Shown here: in pieces, positions 26,201 through 40,190 of the stretch | How the letters are laid out: every line of letters starts with the position of its first letter | Numbering within the stretch: the first letter of the stretch is position 1 | NCBI GenBank assembly: GCA_951406725.2 | Contig: OX597832.1 | Coordinates: forward strand, 39,928,001 to 39,992,000 | DNA: 64,000 nucleotides | Direction of reading: 5' to 3' | Origin: Octopus vulgaris | Lineage: Eukaryota | Program-made: the position numbers and the translations under genes | The notes under the pieces: generated by a model | What the model was told of the DNA's origin: nothing | Database searches by the model: none | Seen by the model: only the letters and a program-made list of their open reading frames with translations

Positions 26201-29200
26201 GACATTTTACTATTTACTCTCTTTTACTTGTTTCAGTCGTGTGACTGTGGCCATGCTGGAGCACTGCCTTTAGTCGATCAAATCGACTCCAGGACTTATT
26301 CTTTGTAAGCCTAGTACTTATTTTATCGGTCTCTTTTTGCCGAACCGCTAAGTTACGGGGACGTAAACACACCAGCATCGGTTGTCAAGCGATATTGGGG
26401 GGGACAAACATAGACACACAAACACGCACATATACATATACGACGGGCTTCTTTCAGTTTCCGTCTACCAAATCCACTCACAAGGCTTTGGTCGGCCCGA
26501 GGCTATAGTAGAAGACACTTACCCAAGGTGCCACGCAGTGGGAATGAACCTGGAACCATGTGGTTCGTAAGCAAGCTACTTACCACACAGCCACTCCTGT
26601 GCCTATTTGTTCACAATTATACAATGTCAAGGCAACAGCAACACATACATGCAAACAGACACACACACAGATCCACTCACAAGGCTTCAGTCAGTTTTGC
26701 TCAAGTGGTCCTGAATTTAAAACCCTGTGGCTGGAGAGCAAACTTCTCAACCACCCGGTTATGTTTACAGATTATAGGGGCAGTGTCATTCTCTGGCATT
26801 GGACTTGTGGTTTCTCAGCAGTCTGAATTCAAATATCATTGAGGTTTACATGGCTTACATGCTTTCAGAGTTGATGAAGTACCAGTGCTGTACTTGGGTT
26901 ATTTCTTCTCTGCCTCTATGAAATCAGCTGTTATCACATCCAGAGAGGGATGAGCTTTGTCAAGTCTGAAAAGAATGTCTCAGATGCACCACGTGTTGCA
27001 ACAGTGCCCCGTTTCCATCTAGGAATGAAATGAGGGTCTGAGATGCACACACACACACACACACACGAGAAAGAGAAGGGTTGGGAGGGAGGGTCTATGT
27101 GATTTGTTGAGAGGAAGAAAGTTATCTTTAGGCCAAAAATATGGCCTGAATGTTTGTATGAGTGGACTCTACTAAAGGCAACCAAATATATATACACACT
27201 GTTCTATTAAGGTTGAAATGCTTCACAAACACTGTTACTCAGACTTTCACGTAACTGTTCATCTGATAGAAATAAACTTTTGGAAAAATATAATGCATTA
27301 TAAGTGTTCTAAAGTTTTACTTCTGTCTGATGATCAGGTACGTGAAACTTTGAGCAACAATTTGAGAAGTTTTTTATCTTTAATAAAGCGCTATTTTTTA
27401 CTCTGCCGTTGGCAGTCGAGTGATATTTTCTCCACTTTGTCCCTATGCGTACGCATCTGTGTGTGTGTATATGCACATACATACATGCATGGTGGTGGTG
27501 TAAGCTAGGCTTGGTGTGTGTGTCGGTGAGAGATAACAGTAAGAATGCAGATACATAAAATATTAACAGTAATAAAGCAACAATAAACGAGCAGCAAACG
27601 AGAAACTTTCCTCTCTCTTCATCTCCTCTTTCGTTTTCTTTGTCATCATGTAATTCTTCACTTCATCTTGTGATTATATTGACAGGGTCGGAAAGATGTT
27701 GTTGCCATATTTAACAACCTCCTGCGGAGACAGATTGGTTCAAGATCACCAACAGTTGAATATATTTGTACACGTCCAGAAATTCTATTTGACCTGATTA
27801 AAGGGTAGGTAACTTATTCAACTTTACCATTATTCTAATAGAATCGTTAAGATGGCTGGCAAGAGTTCTTTGCTCTGAATTCGAACCTCACTGAGGTTGA
27901 TAAAGTACCAGTTAAGGGTTAGAGTCTGTATAATTGACTGTCCCCTTCTCCCAAATGTAGGATGCTGTGTGTCTATGTTAGAAATTATTATTATATTAAG
28001 TATCTTTTACTTGTTTCACTGTGGCCATGCTGGGACACCACCTTGAAGGGTTTTTAGTCGAACAAATCAACCCCAGGACTTACATTCTTTGAAGACCTAT
28101 ACTTATTCTATTGGTCTATATTGCTGAACCACTGTAACAGGGATGTAAACACACCAACACCAGTTGTCAATGGTGGTGGAACAGACAGAAAGAAACACAC
28201 ACACAAGACAGGCTTCTTTCAGTTTCCATCTATGAAATCCACTCACAAGACTTTGGTTAGCCCGAGGCTATAGTAGAAGACACTTGCCCAAGGTGCCACA
28301 CAGTGGTACTGAACCCAGAACCATGTGGTTGGGAAACAAGTTATTTACCACAAAGCCATGCGTGCACTTAAGTAGTTTGAAGACAGTCTGTGTAAATATC
28401 TTCCGTGTACTTTTATATCCTTATCTCCTGAGTTTGAATCCTCTTCTGGAACAGTAATCACCAGTCATGTACTGAGATTGACACACTCTTCACCAACAAA
28501 TCTATGTTGTACATAGTATTATCATTTAGTGAAAAGTATCCATAAAAGTAAGTTACGTGGCATGTTTAAACCATAATTGCACCTATTATAGTTGTAGACA
28601 CACTATTTAAATAAGAGACCAGTCGGCTACAGCTAGAACATCTTTTGTCATAGGACTTGCTGGATTAGTACTAATTTATGATTAAATGACTTCTTCAATT
28701 ACATTTTTAATAAGCTTGAAAAGGACTTAGATACTTCGGTTCTCTTTTGTTTCTTCTGACTGTGAAAACCCCAAAGTGTCATGTCCATGAAAGAAATTTT
28801 TATTTCAATATTGTTTATACAACAGTTAATCCGACTCTTATTTTGCAGCTATGACCAGCAAGAAATTGCTCTGAACTGTGGTATGATGCTGAGAGAATGC
28901 TGCCGCTATGAACCTCTTGCCAAGATAATGCTTTATTCAGATGAATTCTATAAATTTTTCCACTATGTTGAAATGTCCACATTTGATATTGCTTCAGATG
29001 CCTTCTCCACTTTCAAGGTATTCCCCATGTTCTCTCTCGTTAATCTGTTTAATGCTGCAACTTATCATCATTCTACTTTCTGTGAGAAATATTAAGAAAC
29101 AGGTTATATCAATTCTGGTTCATTTCTATATAACTGATCTTCACATTTCTAACTCTACATGAGTTCAGTAAGATAAAACATTGACGTGGAAAGCTTTATT

Positions 29201-32200
29201 GAGAGGAGAAGCCCTTAATGGCTGAAATATATGGTCTGAGAAAAGAAATTACAAACTACCAAGGAATGAAATTGTCATAAATTTAAAACAAAGAAACAAT
29301 ATATAAATGTTGCTAGTTTCAATCTAATCTAGTACTATGTGGAGGCGCAATGGCCCAGTGGTTAGGGCAGCGGACTCGCGGTTTCAATTCCCAGACCGGG
29401 CATTGTGAGTGTTTATTGAGCGAAAACACCTACAGCTCCACGTGGCTCCGGCAGGGGATGGTGGTGATCCCTGCTGTACTCTTTCACCACAACTTTCTCT
29501 CACTCTTTCTTCCTGTTTCTGTTGTACCTGTATTTCAAAGGGCCAGCCTTGTCACTCTCTGTCATGCTGAATATCCCCGAGAACTACGTTAAGGGTACAC
29601 GTGTCTGTGGAGTGCTCAGCTACTTACACGTTAATTTCACGAGCAGGCTGTTCCGTTGATTCGGATCAACCGGAACCCTCGTTGTCGTAACCGACGGAGT
29701 GCTTCCACAGTACTATGTATATATTGTTGATCTAAATGTATTGGAGATTTTTTTTTAAATGTCTGTAAGTAAAGATGAAGTTAATGATTAGAAATATGCG
29801 ATCTTATTTACAATTCATCACACATTTAAACAGTGTGTTCTTTCCGGATATGATATAGTCAAAGCTGGAATATATTTGTCTATTTCGCTTAAATATAATT
29901 TATCTTCAAACCAAGATTAACTAATGATAAATTATCATTTTACTCTACAATAGTTGAGGTTTCTTGATGAAATTTCTTACGGAAGAGAATCCAAAATTTA
30001 TGACTTTGTTACAAAATGATTTGAAAAGTAATCCTAATGATCTTGATTTTTCTTTTTTTTTCTTCTTTCAGGAATTGTTAACGAAACATAAGATGCTTAG
30101 TGCTGAGTTTTTGGAAAATAATTATGATAAAGTCTTTGAAACTTACCAAAGGCTCCTAAATTCTGAGAACTATGTTACAAGAAGGCAGGCATTGAAAGTA
30201 AGTAATTTTATTGCTGGATCGTGTCAGAGAACAAATATTTGTATCAGTCTTACAAAAACAGTTTCAGGCAGTGACCAACTGAGCCAACTAAGGGCCCTAC
30301 AAACTGAACAGTCAGGGGTGCACATTACAATGGCGTTTCTGTGGTTTTAGTCAAACCATTTGGCTTTCATATGACTCATTCCATCTTGCTGTCAGTACGT
30401 ACCATGTGGTAAGATGGTCCAGCAAGGAAAGCTGTGCATCTGCTTGTACTGGGAGCCTCTACATGGCCAGTTGACCTGTTAGAAATAGCAGTCAGTATGA
30501 CCTTCAAATCATAATGTCATAATGTGCCTTTTTCTTTAATAATAGAATGTAAAGGACACATTGAACAATATAGTTTGAGACATTATTATATTTGAAAGCA
30601 AAAAATAAACAAAGAAATAAGAGGGTCGTGGTTCGAATATTTTTGATGAGAGGTCTGCTGGATCAAGGCTGACCTGGGCCTAAACAAGAAGGAAGGACAT
30701 GATGTTGAACACTTAAAATAAACATAAGTTTCACTTTCCAACAAATGCCTTCAGTGGATTAGAAACCTTTTACATCTGCTTTCAGAGTGTTTTACATCCA
30801 TGTCCCCAGATAATTTCTAACCAACTTTACATTGGGCATCTTGGCCCCTTTTGTTGAATGAACTACTCCCGTTTTATTGCAGTTAATTTTGACAAAAAAA
30901 AAATTTGCTAAATTATCTTGGTCATTACTAAGCTGGTAAATGGAACATCATCATTTAATGTCCGTTTTCCATGCTAGCATGGGTTGGATGGTTCAACTGG
31001 GGCCTGGGGAGCCAGTAGACTGCGCCTTGGAATTTTAATGGGAAACTGTAATTTAGATCACTTTATATAGAAGATTTGTATCCTAAAAGCAAGGCAGTTG
31101 TGGGTGGGTTGATCTGAAAAGGATTAATTATTTCGTGTTGGTTTGAAAAAAGATTATTTAATTTTTGCTTTGCTACCACTTGGTTCTGACTTCAGTTTCC
31201 ACTGTAGCGTTTTATGTCTACTACTATTTCCTCAAATTGACCAATAATACCTTGAGTATGAAAGTCCGTCATTTGTGTGTTGGTGTGTTGTGTTGTGACT
31301 AAAAATTCTCTTTCGTGTTTCCAGTTGCTGGGTGAATTGCTGTTGGACCGACACAATTTCACCATAATGACTCGCTACATCACAAACCCTGACAATCTAA
31401 AACTCATGATGAACATGCTGCGAGAGAAAAGCCGTAACATCCAGTTTGAAGCTTTCCATGTTTTCAAAGTAAGTTTCTCTCTTTACTCAAACACTTCTTA
31501 AACTAAACGTTCGCTGTTGTTGACCCTGTTTGGGAGGGCCACCACTATAAACAGTAAGTCATCTAAGACTTACTGTTCATGCTTGGTTGTCCTTAAAAAT
31601 TTGTCTTCTCAACTCTCTTTTGAATAATGTAAGCTTCTTGACATGAACCAGTCTCTTCCCCCCTTCCACCCTTGTAACAAGTCATGTCTACAAATAATGG
31701 GCTTCGGTTGAGTTTTAATTTAACCCTTTTTTTTTTTTACCTTATTTCTTTTGAAACGCACCACCTGGTTTCAATTTATTTTGAAAAATAATGAAGAATT
31801 TAGTAAAATAACTTTGTAATTGATAAGTTGGTATTTCAAACATGAATTAACATAAATTAACGTAAAATTTTGATGGAATGTTTTATTAAGAAAGTGCATG
31901 GCTCAGTGGTTAGAGTATTAATGGTTCATGATTGTATAAGGTTGTGAGTTGGAAAACCAGCGACACATTTTGTCCTTGAACAAGCCACATTATTTCACTT
32001 CACTCCAGTCCACTCAGCTGGCAAAAATGAGAAGTACCTGTAATATTGAAAGGGTCAGCCGTGTCACGGTCTGTGTCATGCTGAATCTCCCTGAGAACTA
32101 CATTAAGGTTACGAGTGTCTGTGGAGTGCTCAGCCACCTGCACATTAATTTCATGAGCAGGCTGTTCTGTTGATTGGATCAACTGGAACCCTCGTTACCA

Positions 32201-33631
32201 TAATCGGCAGAGCGCCAGTTTATTAAGATCAGTGGTTCTCAACCTTATTGAGACTTTTTTTTATTTTCTCCAACACAACTTGTGTAGGTTGAACTGAGTA
32301 AAACATTTGGGAAAGAAACCCAGCTGTTTCTTGCAATAAATACATCATCATCATCAGCGTCCGTTTTCCATGCTAGCATGGGTTGGACGGTTCAACTGGG
32401 GTCTGTGAAGCCAGAAGGCTTCATCAGGCCCAGTCAGATCTGGCAGTGTTTCTACGGCTGGATGCCCTTCCTAACGCCAAGCACTCCGTGAGTGTAGTGG
32501 GTGCTTTTTACGTGCCACCCGCACAGGTGCCAGACAGAGCTGGCAAACGGCCACGAACGGATGGTGCTTTTTACGTGCCACCGGCACGAGGCCAGTCGGG
32601 GCGGCGCTGGCAACGGTCATGAACGGATGGTTCTCTTACATGCCACCGGCACTGGTAACACATCTGCAATTTCCATTGATCGATTTCGATTCTGATCCTC
32701 ACTTGCCTCAACAGGTCTTCACAAGTAGAGTTTTGTGTCCCAAGAAGGGAGCAAAATCTTTTCATGGACCCCTAATATATTTCTATGCATCCTCAGTTTA
32801 ATATTTTACTTGCATGGACCCTGCAAAAATCTTATATTGATCCCAGTTGAGAACCACCAATTTAGATTCTTTGAAACAGGAAATCTGTATCATAAGAGTC
32901 TAGGGTTATCTCAAGTGGTTTGATATCATCATCGTTTAACGTCAGCTTTCCATGCTAGCATTGGTTGGACGATTTGACTGAGGGCTGGCGAACCAGATGG
33001 CTGCACCAGGCTTCAATCATGATCTGGCAGAGTTTCTACAGCTGGATGACCTTCCTAATGCCAACCACTCCAAGAGTGTAGTGGGTGCTTTTACGTGCCA
33101 CCAGCGCAGAAGCCAAACAACTGCTCTGGCAGTGATCCTGCTCGAATGGAGCTGTTAGCGCTCCACTGGCACATGTGCCAGTCGTCGAATTTGGTTCAAT
33201 TTCACTTGCCCTAGCAGGTTTTCGCAAGCAGAGTTTAGTGTCCAATGACGGGAGGTTGGCATGGGTGCCAGTCGTCCAATTTGGTTTGATTTCGAAAAAA
33301 GATTAAATAAGGTTTATCTTGTTATATTAGATTATGAATTATTTTAATAATTTTTATTGGTACTTTTTCTTGTCTCCATAATTGTGTTTTGGTAATATTC
33401 CATGTCAGAGCCATCTCTCACTTCTCTCTCTTTCTCTCTCTCTAACAGGTATTTGTTGCTAACCCCAACAAGCCAAAAGCCATTCTTGACATTTTACTCA
33501 GGAATAAGGAGAAGCTAGTTGACTTCCTCACCAAGTTTCACACAGACCGTTCTGAAGACGAACAGTTCAATGACGAGAAAGCTTATTTGATAAAGCAAAT
33601 TAAAGAACTGAAAGCTGTAGAAGCATCTTAA
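23180..33631 (+). CDS. CAB39: Calcium-binding protein 39 / MO25 (LKB1-STRAD scaffold), complete 7-exon CDS, 339 aa
   Basis: Exons 23180-23293, 24746-24910, 27686-27804, 28849-29017, 30072-30197, 31325-31468, 33449-33631. All introns are GT-AG and phases join in frame. Translation [20 protein letters not shown]...[12 protein letters not shown]...[12 protein letters not shown]...[22 protein letters not shown]...[18 protein letters not shown]...[16 protein letters not shown] matches the MO25 family. Confidence 0.97.
24182..24409. mobile_element. piggyBac-like MITE
   Basis: TTAA ends, same body as 743-969. Confidence 0.75.
24746..24910 (+). CDS. CAB39: CAB39 coding exon 2
   Basis: ccag|ASEEVSKNL...VAQLAQEMY...KIDFE|gtaagt, 165 nt. 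Confidence 0.96.
26215..26603 (-). mobile_element. SINE family A, near-consensus copy
   Basis: Reverse complement of 2815-3190. Confidence 0.9.
27686..27804 (+). CDS. CAB39: CAB39 coding exon 3
   Basis: acag|[40 protein letters not shown]|gtaggt, 119 nt, phase 2. Confidence 0.96.
28849..29017 (+). CDS. CAB39: CAB39 coding exon 4
   Basis: gcag|[17 protein letters not shown]...[12 protein letters not shown]|gtattc, 169 nt. Confidence 0.96.
29341..29708 (+). mobile_element. tRNA-headed SINE family C (head X, tail P)
   Basis: GGAGGCGCAATGGCCCAGTGGTTAGGGCAGCGGACTCG head; 10-bp TSD agtactatgt (29331-29340 / 29709-29718). Confidence 0.88.
30072..30197 (+). CDS. CAB39: CAB39 coding exon 5
   Basis: tcag|ELLTKHK...[10 protein letters not shown]|gtaagt, 126 nt. 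Confidence 0.96.
31325..31468 (+). CDS. CAB39: CAB39 coding exon 6
   Basis: ccag|[12 protein letters not shown]...[10 protein letters not shown]|gtaagt, 144 nt. Confidence 0.96.
31892..32218 (+). mobile_element. SINE with head Y and tail P
   Basis: gtgcatggctcagtggttagag head; 3' half matches 29540-29708; TSD tttattaaga. Confidence 0.8.
32230..32859. mobile_element. hAT-like MITE containing a family G insertion
   Basis: CAGTGGTTCTCAAC ... GTTGAGAACCAC TIRs; 8-bp TSD attaagat/atttagat (7/8). Confidence 0.7.
33449..33631 (+). CDS. CAB39: CAB39 last coding exon
   Basis: acag|[23 protein letters not shown]...[27 protein letters not shown]. Confidence 0.96.
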   Translation, partial: VFVANPNKPKAILDILLRNKEKLVDFLTKFHTDRSEDEQFNDEKAYLIKQIKELKAVEAS

Positions 33632-35984
33632 CAGTAAGCAAGGGACACACTGCTTGCAGGAGGTGGCTTGGAGGCTGGAGATGATGACATGCAGGACAAA
33701 ACAACCAAAAAAAAAAACAGAAAAGAAAAATTAAGCATTAAATATAACAAAAGCACCTAAAAAAAAAACACACCCCAAAATCCAACCAATCCCCCAAATA
33801 AAAAAAAACTATCAACCAGCAGCTTTGAGAGGTATGAAGCGGATTTTGCAGTTTGTTTGTATTGCTGGCAGATTAAAGGATGATGAATCGCAGCAATTAT
33901 TGGATCTCAAGCTAACCTAGATTATAATAAATCTAATAAATGTGAAAAGTGGTTGGGAAAAGAGGTGGAGGTGGTGGTGGTGGTCTATTCCAGTATTGTC
34001 CAGCCTGTTGTAAAGTAAAACAGTGTCCAACTTATTGGTGAGGAGTGAGTGAGTGCAAGAGACTAATGAGTGAGTGAGTGAGTGTGAGTGGCTGGCTAAA
34101 GCTGTGTGTGTGTGTATAAACAACACATAACAAAATTGTAAATGTATTTTTGCACAAGAATACATTTTGGCCAGAAAACCTTGTTTTTATGTGGTCACTT
34201 TATAAATGAAGAGACTGTTAATTTAGCTTAAAAGACATTTCAATCGTTTGGAGATAAAAAAACAAAAAAAAAAAAGATACAAAACTATTTAGCTTCCAAT
34301 TATAAGAGTTTATATATATATATTTTTTTTTTCTTGGACCTTTTTCAAGTGGAGATAAATCTTAAGAGAAGAACTACCTTGGATTTTAATTAATTTAAAT
34401 CATTTGAGCTGTTTGCTGCTCATCTCACCTGTCCTGCTCCTGTCAACCCTTCTCTCCCTGCTTGCTCTCTATTAGTTTGCGGAAGCAGAAGACAACACGG
34501 GGCCGAATGAAAGCTGGTTTGCAGTGTCCTCAGCCTTAAAACGGCTTTCCTCTTTCGGCCAAGGTTAGAACTGCTTTCAACATGCAATTTGTTGCACACA
34601 AGTGCAGCAGCAGCCAATTGCAACTGTTATATTGGCAACAATTATTAACTGCACTGAATTCAGCAGCCGCATTAACTTATCACATTAGGCAACAGTTATA
34701 CTGGTTCCAGTAGAAGCAGCATCTTGCATTGACTGACGCACCAGGACAAACAATTCAATATCAATAGTGGTTAGTTCAGTTTTACTGTGTGCTGCCTTAA
34801 AGTCACTGCTTTATTTATCTTTTTAACTAAATCTGCTGTTCCCTTTCCTCCTGGGGTGGGTGGGGGCATACAGTACACTCCAAAAATTGATTTGATCAAC
34901 CAACCATCTGGGTCATTTGGTTTTTTTTTTTTTAAGTTCAACACCTAGATGTATATAGATTCTTTAGAATACAAAGCATTTTAACGTTGGTGTTAAGGTG
35001 TGTGTATTTATTCTTTAAAAGCCAGATTATTTTAACATTTGACACTAAGCAGTTTTTTTTTTTTCCTTCTAAAAGGCAATATTTTAAACATTTGGCACTA
35101 GTTCTGTATATATATATTCTCTAAAAGACAATATTTTGAGCTGTATAGATTTTAAGAGATAATTATTAAACCAGTATTTTCTGATCTTCAAATTCTGCCA
35201 TTTCTTATTTTTAATCTATTCCCACAAGTGTTCCCGTTTGTTGTGCTGGCTAAGACTATAAACCAGTTTTTTTTTTCTTCTTAAAAATAACACAACTAGC
35301 ATGTGTCACTTCATACCAGGATTTTCCTTAGGAGTAAGCATGTACAAATGAGTATTAATTGTGTTGCCACACTGAACTTTGTTAATGAAACCCATTTACT
35401 TGGTGTACATAGCAAGCCACAGCTGTTGGCTAGGTTATATTTCAGATGTTAAAAGTCCTCGCATGACATAGTTTTTCAACTGGAAGCCATGCAGGTGCCC
35501 ATCTTCCCTTGACTACTACAAATAACTGATGGTAGTTCACCAGACAAATACACTTAGTGGTAGTTAGTCACATTCTGAGTTCAAATCCAACCAGGGTCAT
35601 TAACTTCAAGTAAAGCACTTGAAATTATTTCGGTGAGTTGTAGCCATTTTTTCTGCATTTGTGACCTTATCACTGTTAGACATTATTAGTTAGTGACCAT
35701 CTTATATAGCAACAGGAAACTACTCACAAAAGAGATGTGAATTTCACAGCCTCCTCCATGAATCTGAGGTCTCAAATCTTTGCAAGAAATTATTATTATT
35801 ATGAATGCCTTAATTTAGTTTTATCCGTATTGTGAGTCGATCCATTCGAGTTTCCTCTCAGCCCCTACAAATGTTAGCATCATGGAGTCTGTAAAGTTGT
35901 GGTGGTTGTTAGATTTGAGATAGGTTCAGTTATATACACCTGTCTCTCCACAAATTAAGGACTCATGCTACATTATTATTATTA

Positions 35985-37110
35985 TCAACGGCAGTGGATG
36001 GGCTGACTCAGTAGAGAGTGGGGGGGAAAATACTTTGCAGTATTTGTCCGCACTTTTACGTTCTGAGTTCAAATCCTGCAAAGGTCGACTCTGCCTTTCA
36101 TCCTTTCAGGGTCTATAAAATAAAGTACCAGTCATGTACTGGGGTTGATGTAATTGACTAATCCCTTCCCAAATACCTGGACTTGTGCCTATATATATTA
36201 GAAACCTTATCGACAATGGTGCATTTGGCAGAATCAGTAGTGTAGAAAAAATGCCTTGTATTTATTGTGGCTCTTTATGTTCTGAGTTCAAATCCCTCCA
36301 AAGTCAACATTGCCTTTTATTCTTTCAGGATCAATGAAATAAGGTAACCAGTCAAGTACTAAGATAACTGTAATTGACTAATCCTCCTCCTTCTCCTCCC
36401 TTTAAAAATTGCTGGCCTTGTGTCTAAATAGGAAACATTATTATTATTATTATTAGAATAATGGTTGACAGAATCTATAGCATCTCAAGTACCACTTGAT
36501 TCTGTTCAAATCCTGCCTCAGCCAACATTTGCCTTTCATCCTCTGGGGTGTGGTGGGGGTCTGTAATGAAATAGCAGTCAAATACTAAGGTTCGATTTTT
36601 ATTTGGTTGCTCTCCCTCTCCCTACATTCCCCACCCCTCCCAATTATGTGCCTATGGTGGAAATTATTAGGAGAGCAGAGGGCGATGAGCTGGCAGAATC
36701 GTTAGCACGCTGGGCAAAATGTTTAGCGACATTTTTTTGCCCATCTTTACGTTCTGAGTTCAAATTCTGCCAGGGTTGACTTTGCCCCTTCATCCTTTCA
36801 GGGTCGATAAAATAAGTACCAGTCAAGTACTGGGGTCGATGTAATCGACCTATACCCCTCCCCACAAATTCTAGGCCTTACGCCTATTATAGAAATTATT
36901 AAGGGAGCAGAATAATTAGTGTCAAACAAGATGCCCTGTGGTGTTTAGTTTTGGCTCTTTAGGTTCTAAGTTCAAATCCTGCTATGGTTGAGGTTTGCTT
37001 TTCATTCTTCCAGGGTCAATAAAATAAAGTAACAGTCGAAGACCTGAGGTTGATTTAATGAACTGGCCCTCCCTGCATTTTATATGGCCTTGCATCTTAG
37101 AAACTGTTAT
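35985..37110 (+). repeat. Head-to-tail array of five SINE family B copies
   Basis: ttctgagttcaaatcc...gcctttcatcctttcagggtc recurs about every 220-240 bp, separated by tta-rich tails. Confidence 0.8.
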
Positions 37111-39794
37111 TATTGTGAGTTGTGTAGTAACCCTTAAATAGATTTGGAAGACAAGAAGAGACAATATTTAAAATAATCCTCATGTTTAAAAGACTTGTTA
37201 CTTGAATGTAACCATTCTGCATCGGCCTCTCTTATTAGCAGCTGAAAAACTACATGACCCTGACTAAGCAGGAGTAGCAAAGACAGTTTATATTGTCTGG
37301 CAGGAGGCCAGGTTCTTTCACATTGCTAGGTACAGAAACCGCTGTTATGACATGGGTAATGTCTGCTCAGTCGAAGCAATTTCACTTTCTGCAGACACTG
37401 ATAAATATTCTTGTTGGGTGTAGCCATGAAGGTCATGGGTCTCACCACAGCCACTCTGACACCTAAAATATAGGGCTTTTGTACCTGTACACACATACAT
37501 AGGTTTAGAAGATCAAGCAGGAAAAATAGAATTTAATACATGAGTGTGTATATATAATATATATTTAGAAAATTGGCAATTGTGGGTTTTTTTGTTTTTT
37601 TTTTACCCTGAAGTTTTGCTTCTGTTTTTTTTCACTATTATTTCTCCTTTGTTGGATATGCAGAATTAGTTGAGCGTCGAACAAAATGACATGGTATTTA
37701 AAGAAGTTCCATTACCTTCTGAGTTTCAAATCCCTTTGATCTCAATTTTGCCTTTCATTCTTCCAGGGTCAATAAAATAAAATATCAGCTATATATTATT
37801 GAGGAGTTTATTTCCTTACCTCCCTTACTTCTCCCCTCCAAAGAAAAAAAATTATACATATATATATGTATATGTATGTGTGTAGTTTTCTTTTCTATAT
37901 AAAGAAATTATTTGATCCTTCAAGAACTCCACCATAATTAAATATATCTATATGGCAGTTATACCAGTCTTTCAATATATCGGTATTTTCTAATTCTAAA
38001 TTGATATATTGGACACTGGTATAAGTGTGTATGCATGTGTATGTGAGATGTATGTATGTATATATATGTGTGTGTACATACACATACATCTGGTTTTCCA
38101 TGCTTTTATGGGTTACACAGATATATTGTTGAGGTTTTGTTTTACAGCCGGATGCCCTTCCTGTCACCGACTCTTAGGTTTTTCCAAGTAAGGGACATCT
38201 TATGCCATGTCTTCAAAAGTGCAAAATCTGTAGATGTCTTGTTTACAAGAGAAACAACAGCAACATCACCCCTTGTAGCCGAGTGAAGACAGACACACAC
38301 GAATGGGCTTCTATCAGGTTTCAGCTACCAAATCCACTCACACAATGCTTTTTAGTCAGCCAAAAGCTCTTAGTAGATAGCTCTACAGTGCCATGAAAAA
38401 CAATTTTATGTCCAGATGCACACACACACACACACTCATAGATACAGAGTCCACCCAAAAAACGCATACACACTTCAGGAAAAGAAAACTTATAAATATA
38501 GATACTGCTTTTGGTGTTTTATCAAATTGTGATAACACTGAATAAAAAAGATTTATGCAGATTTTTTTTTCCTTTCCTAAAGTGTGTTTACATTTTTGGG
38601 GGGGGCGGATTCTGTAAATGTAGGTGATGGCACAGTTGTGTTGTAAGTTTGTTTTCAAGACGTTTTGGATTCATTCTCATTGTATGACCCTTGGGGCAAA
38701 TGTCTTCTTATAGCCCCAATCTGACTAAATCCTTGCAAATAGATTTGGTAGAGACACTGAACAAAGCTCACATATATGTGTGTGTTCATTCACATCTTTC
38801 GTTTGGCGTAGTGTAATGGTGGTGAATAAGCACCATCATTCGATCTTCTATGATAACATGTCCAGCCATGGAGAAATATTAGCTTATTTGGAAACAGGGA
38901 CCGGTTAACTATAGACAGGGCATTTGGCTATGATATATCTGCCTCAGAAAATACCATCTAACCCATGCAACTTTTGGAAATTGGACATAAAACCTATGAA
39001 GAGGATGTATGTATGTATGCTTGTATATGTATACCTATTGATATATATATATGTCTGTGTGCATGAATGATATGTATGTATATAAATATATGGTTGTATG
39101 TGGTGGGTGCGTGTATATATATATACATATGCACACACATTGATTTGATCAAAATGTTTTATTTACACTTACCTTTTTTTTTCATGCCCCACTCACACGT
39201 TAACAGGTTCAATTCGCACACAATTGCCAGGACTATATTTGTTTCTCTGCAACTTTGCTCTGATTTATAAAAATCTCCATCATAATTGTGTGTTTGTTTA
39301 TTATTATTATCATCATCTTCATAAGTTCTGAGTTTTAAATTCCACTGAGGTTGACTTTGCCTTCCATCTAAGTGGCGAACTGGCAGAATTGTTAGCATGC
39401 CGGAGAAAATGCTTTATGGTATTTCACCCATCGCTATGTTCTGAGTTCAAATTCTGCCATGGTCGACTTTGCCTTTCATCTACTCGGGGTCGATGAAAAA
39501 AGTACCAGCTGAACGCTGGGGTTGATGTAATCGATTCATCTCCTTCCTCAAAATTGCTGCCCTTGTGGCAAATTTGAAACCATTAAGAATATTATTATTT
39601 AAAGCAGTAAGCTGGTAGGACCTTTAGCACTCTGGACAAAATGTTTAGCATCATTTAGCCTGCTGCTACGTTCTGAGTTCAAATTCCACTGAGGTCGATT
39701 TTGCCTTTCATCCTTTCGGGGTTGATTAAATCCCATGTCATATTAAAGACATCTTTAATGACAAGTCTTTCCTGCTGGAACACGAATAGGAAGT

Positions 39795-40190
39795 AAGATG
39801 TTGATTTCAGCTGACTTGGCAGACACCCATAAAATTATCAACCATCTTACAAACAATAACTCTGAGCACCTTTTCAAACTCCACCCGTGGACATATTTAC
39901 AAAGTCAGAAAACAGCACAGCTCCTTCCATGACTTTCGGAAACATTTTTTCATGCTAAGAGTTGCTGAAGCATGGAACAAACAGCCGGCATCAGTTGTTA
40001 GTTGTCGGAGCACTGCATCCTTCAAAACTTCCATGCTTCCTGAGATTCGCCAACACTACACCTGATTTTCTCCCCTCCATACACACACAAGCATGTATCT
40101 GACTCATACATTTGTACATTACTGCATATACTCTGACAAGTTGTGGTGCACCTGAGCACTGTATACAATAAGTTCATTGTTATTATTATA
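39795..40190 (+). mobile_element. CR1-group LINE 3' end
   Basis: [14 protein letters not shown](F)[23 protein letters not shown] with (TTA)n tail; second copy at 51145-51499. Confidence 0.8.

Noticed and set aside
27327-27350. CTGATGA...GAAAC hammerhead-like core
   Set aside because: Stem II cannot close without using the G of GAAA, and there is no convincing stem I or UH site
33629-33640. Stop read-through or a splice donor right after the CAB39 stop (TAA CAG TAA)
   Set aside because: A second in-frame stop follows after one codon, and no downstream exon is evident
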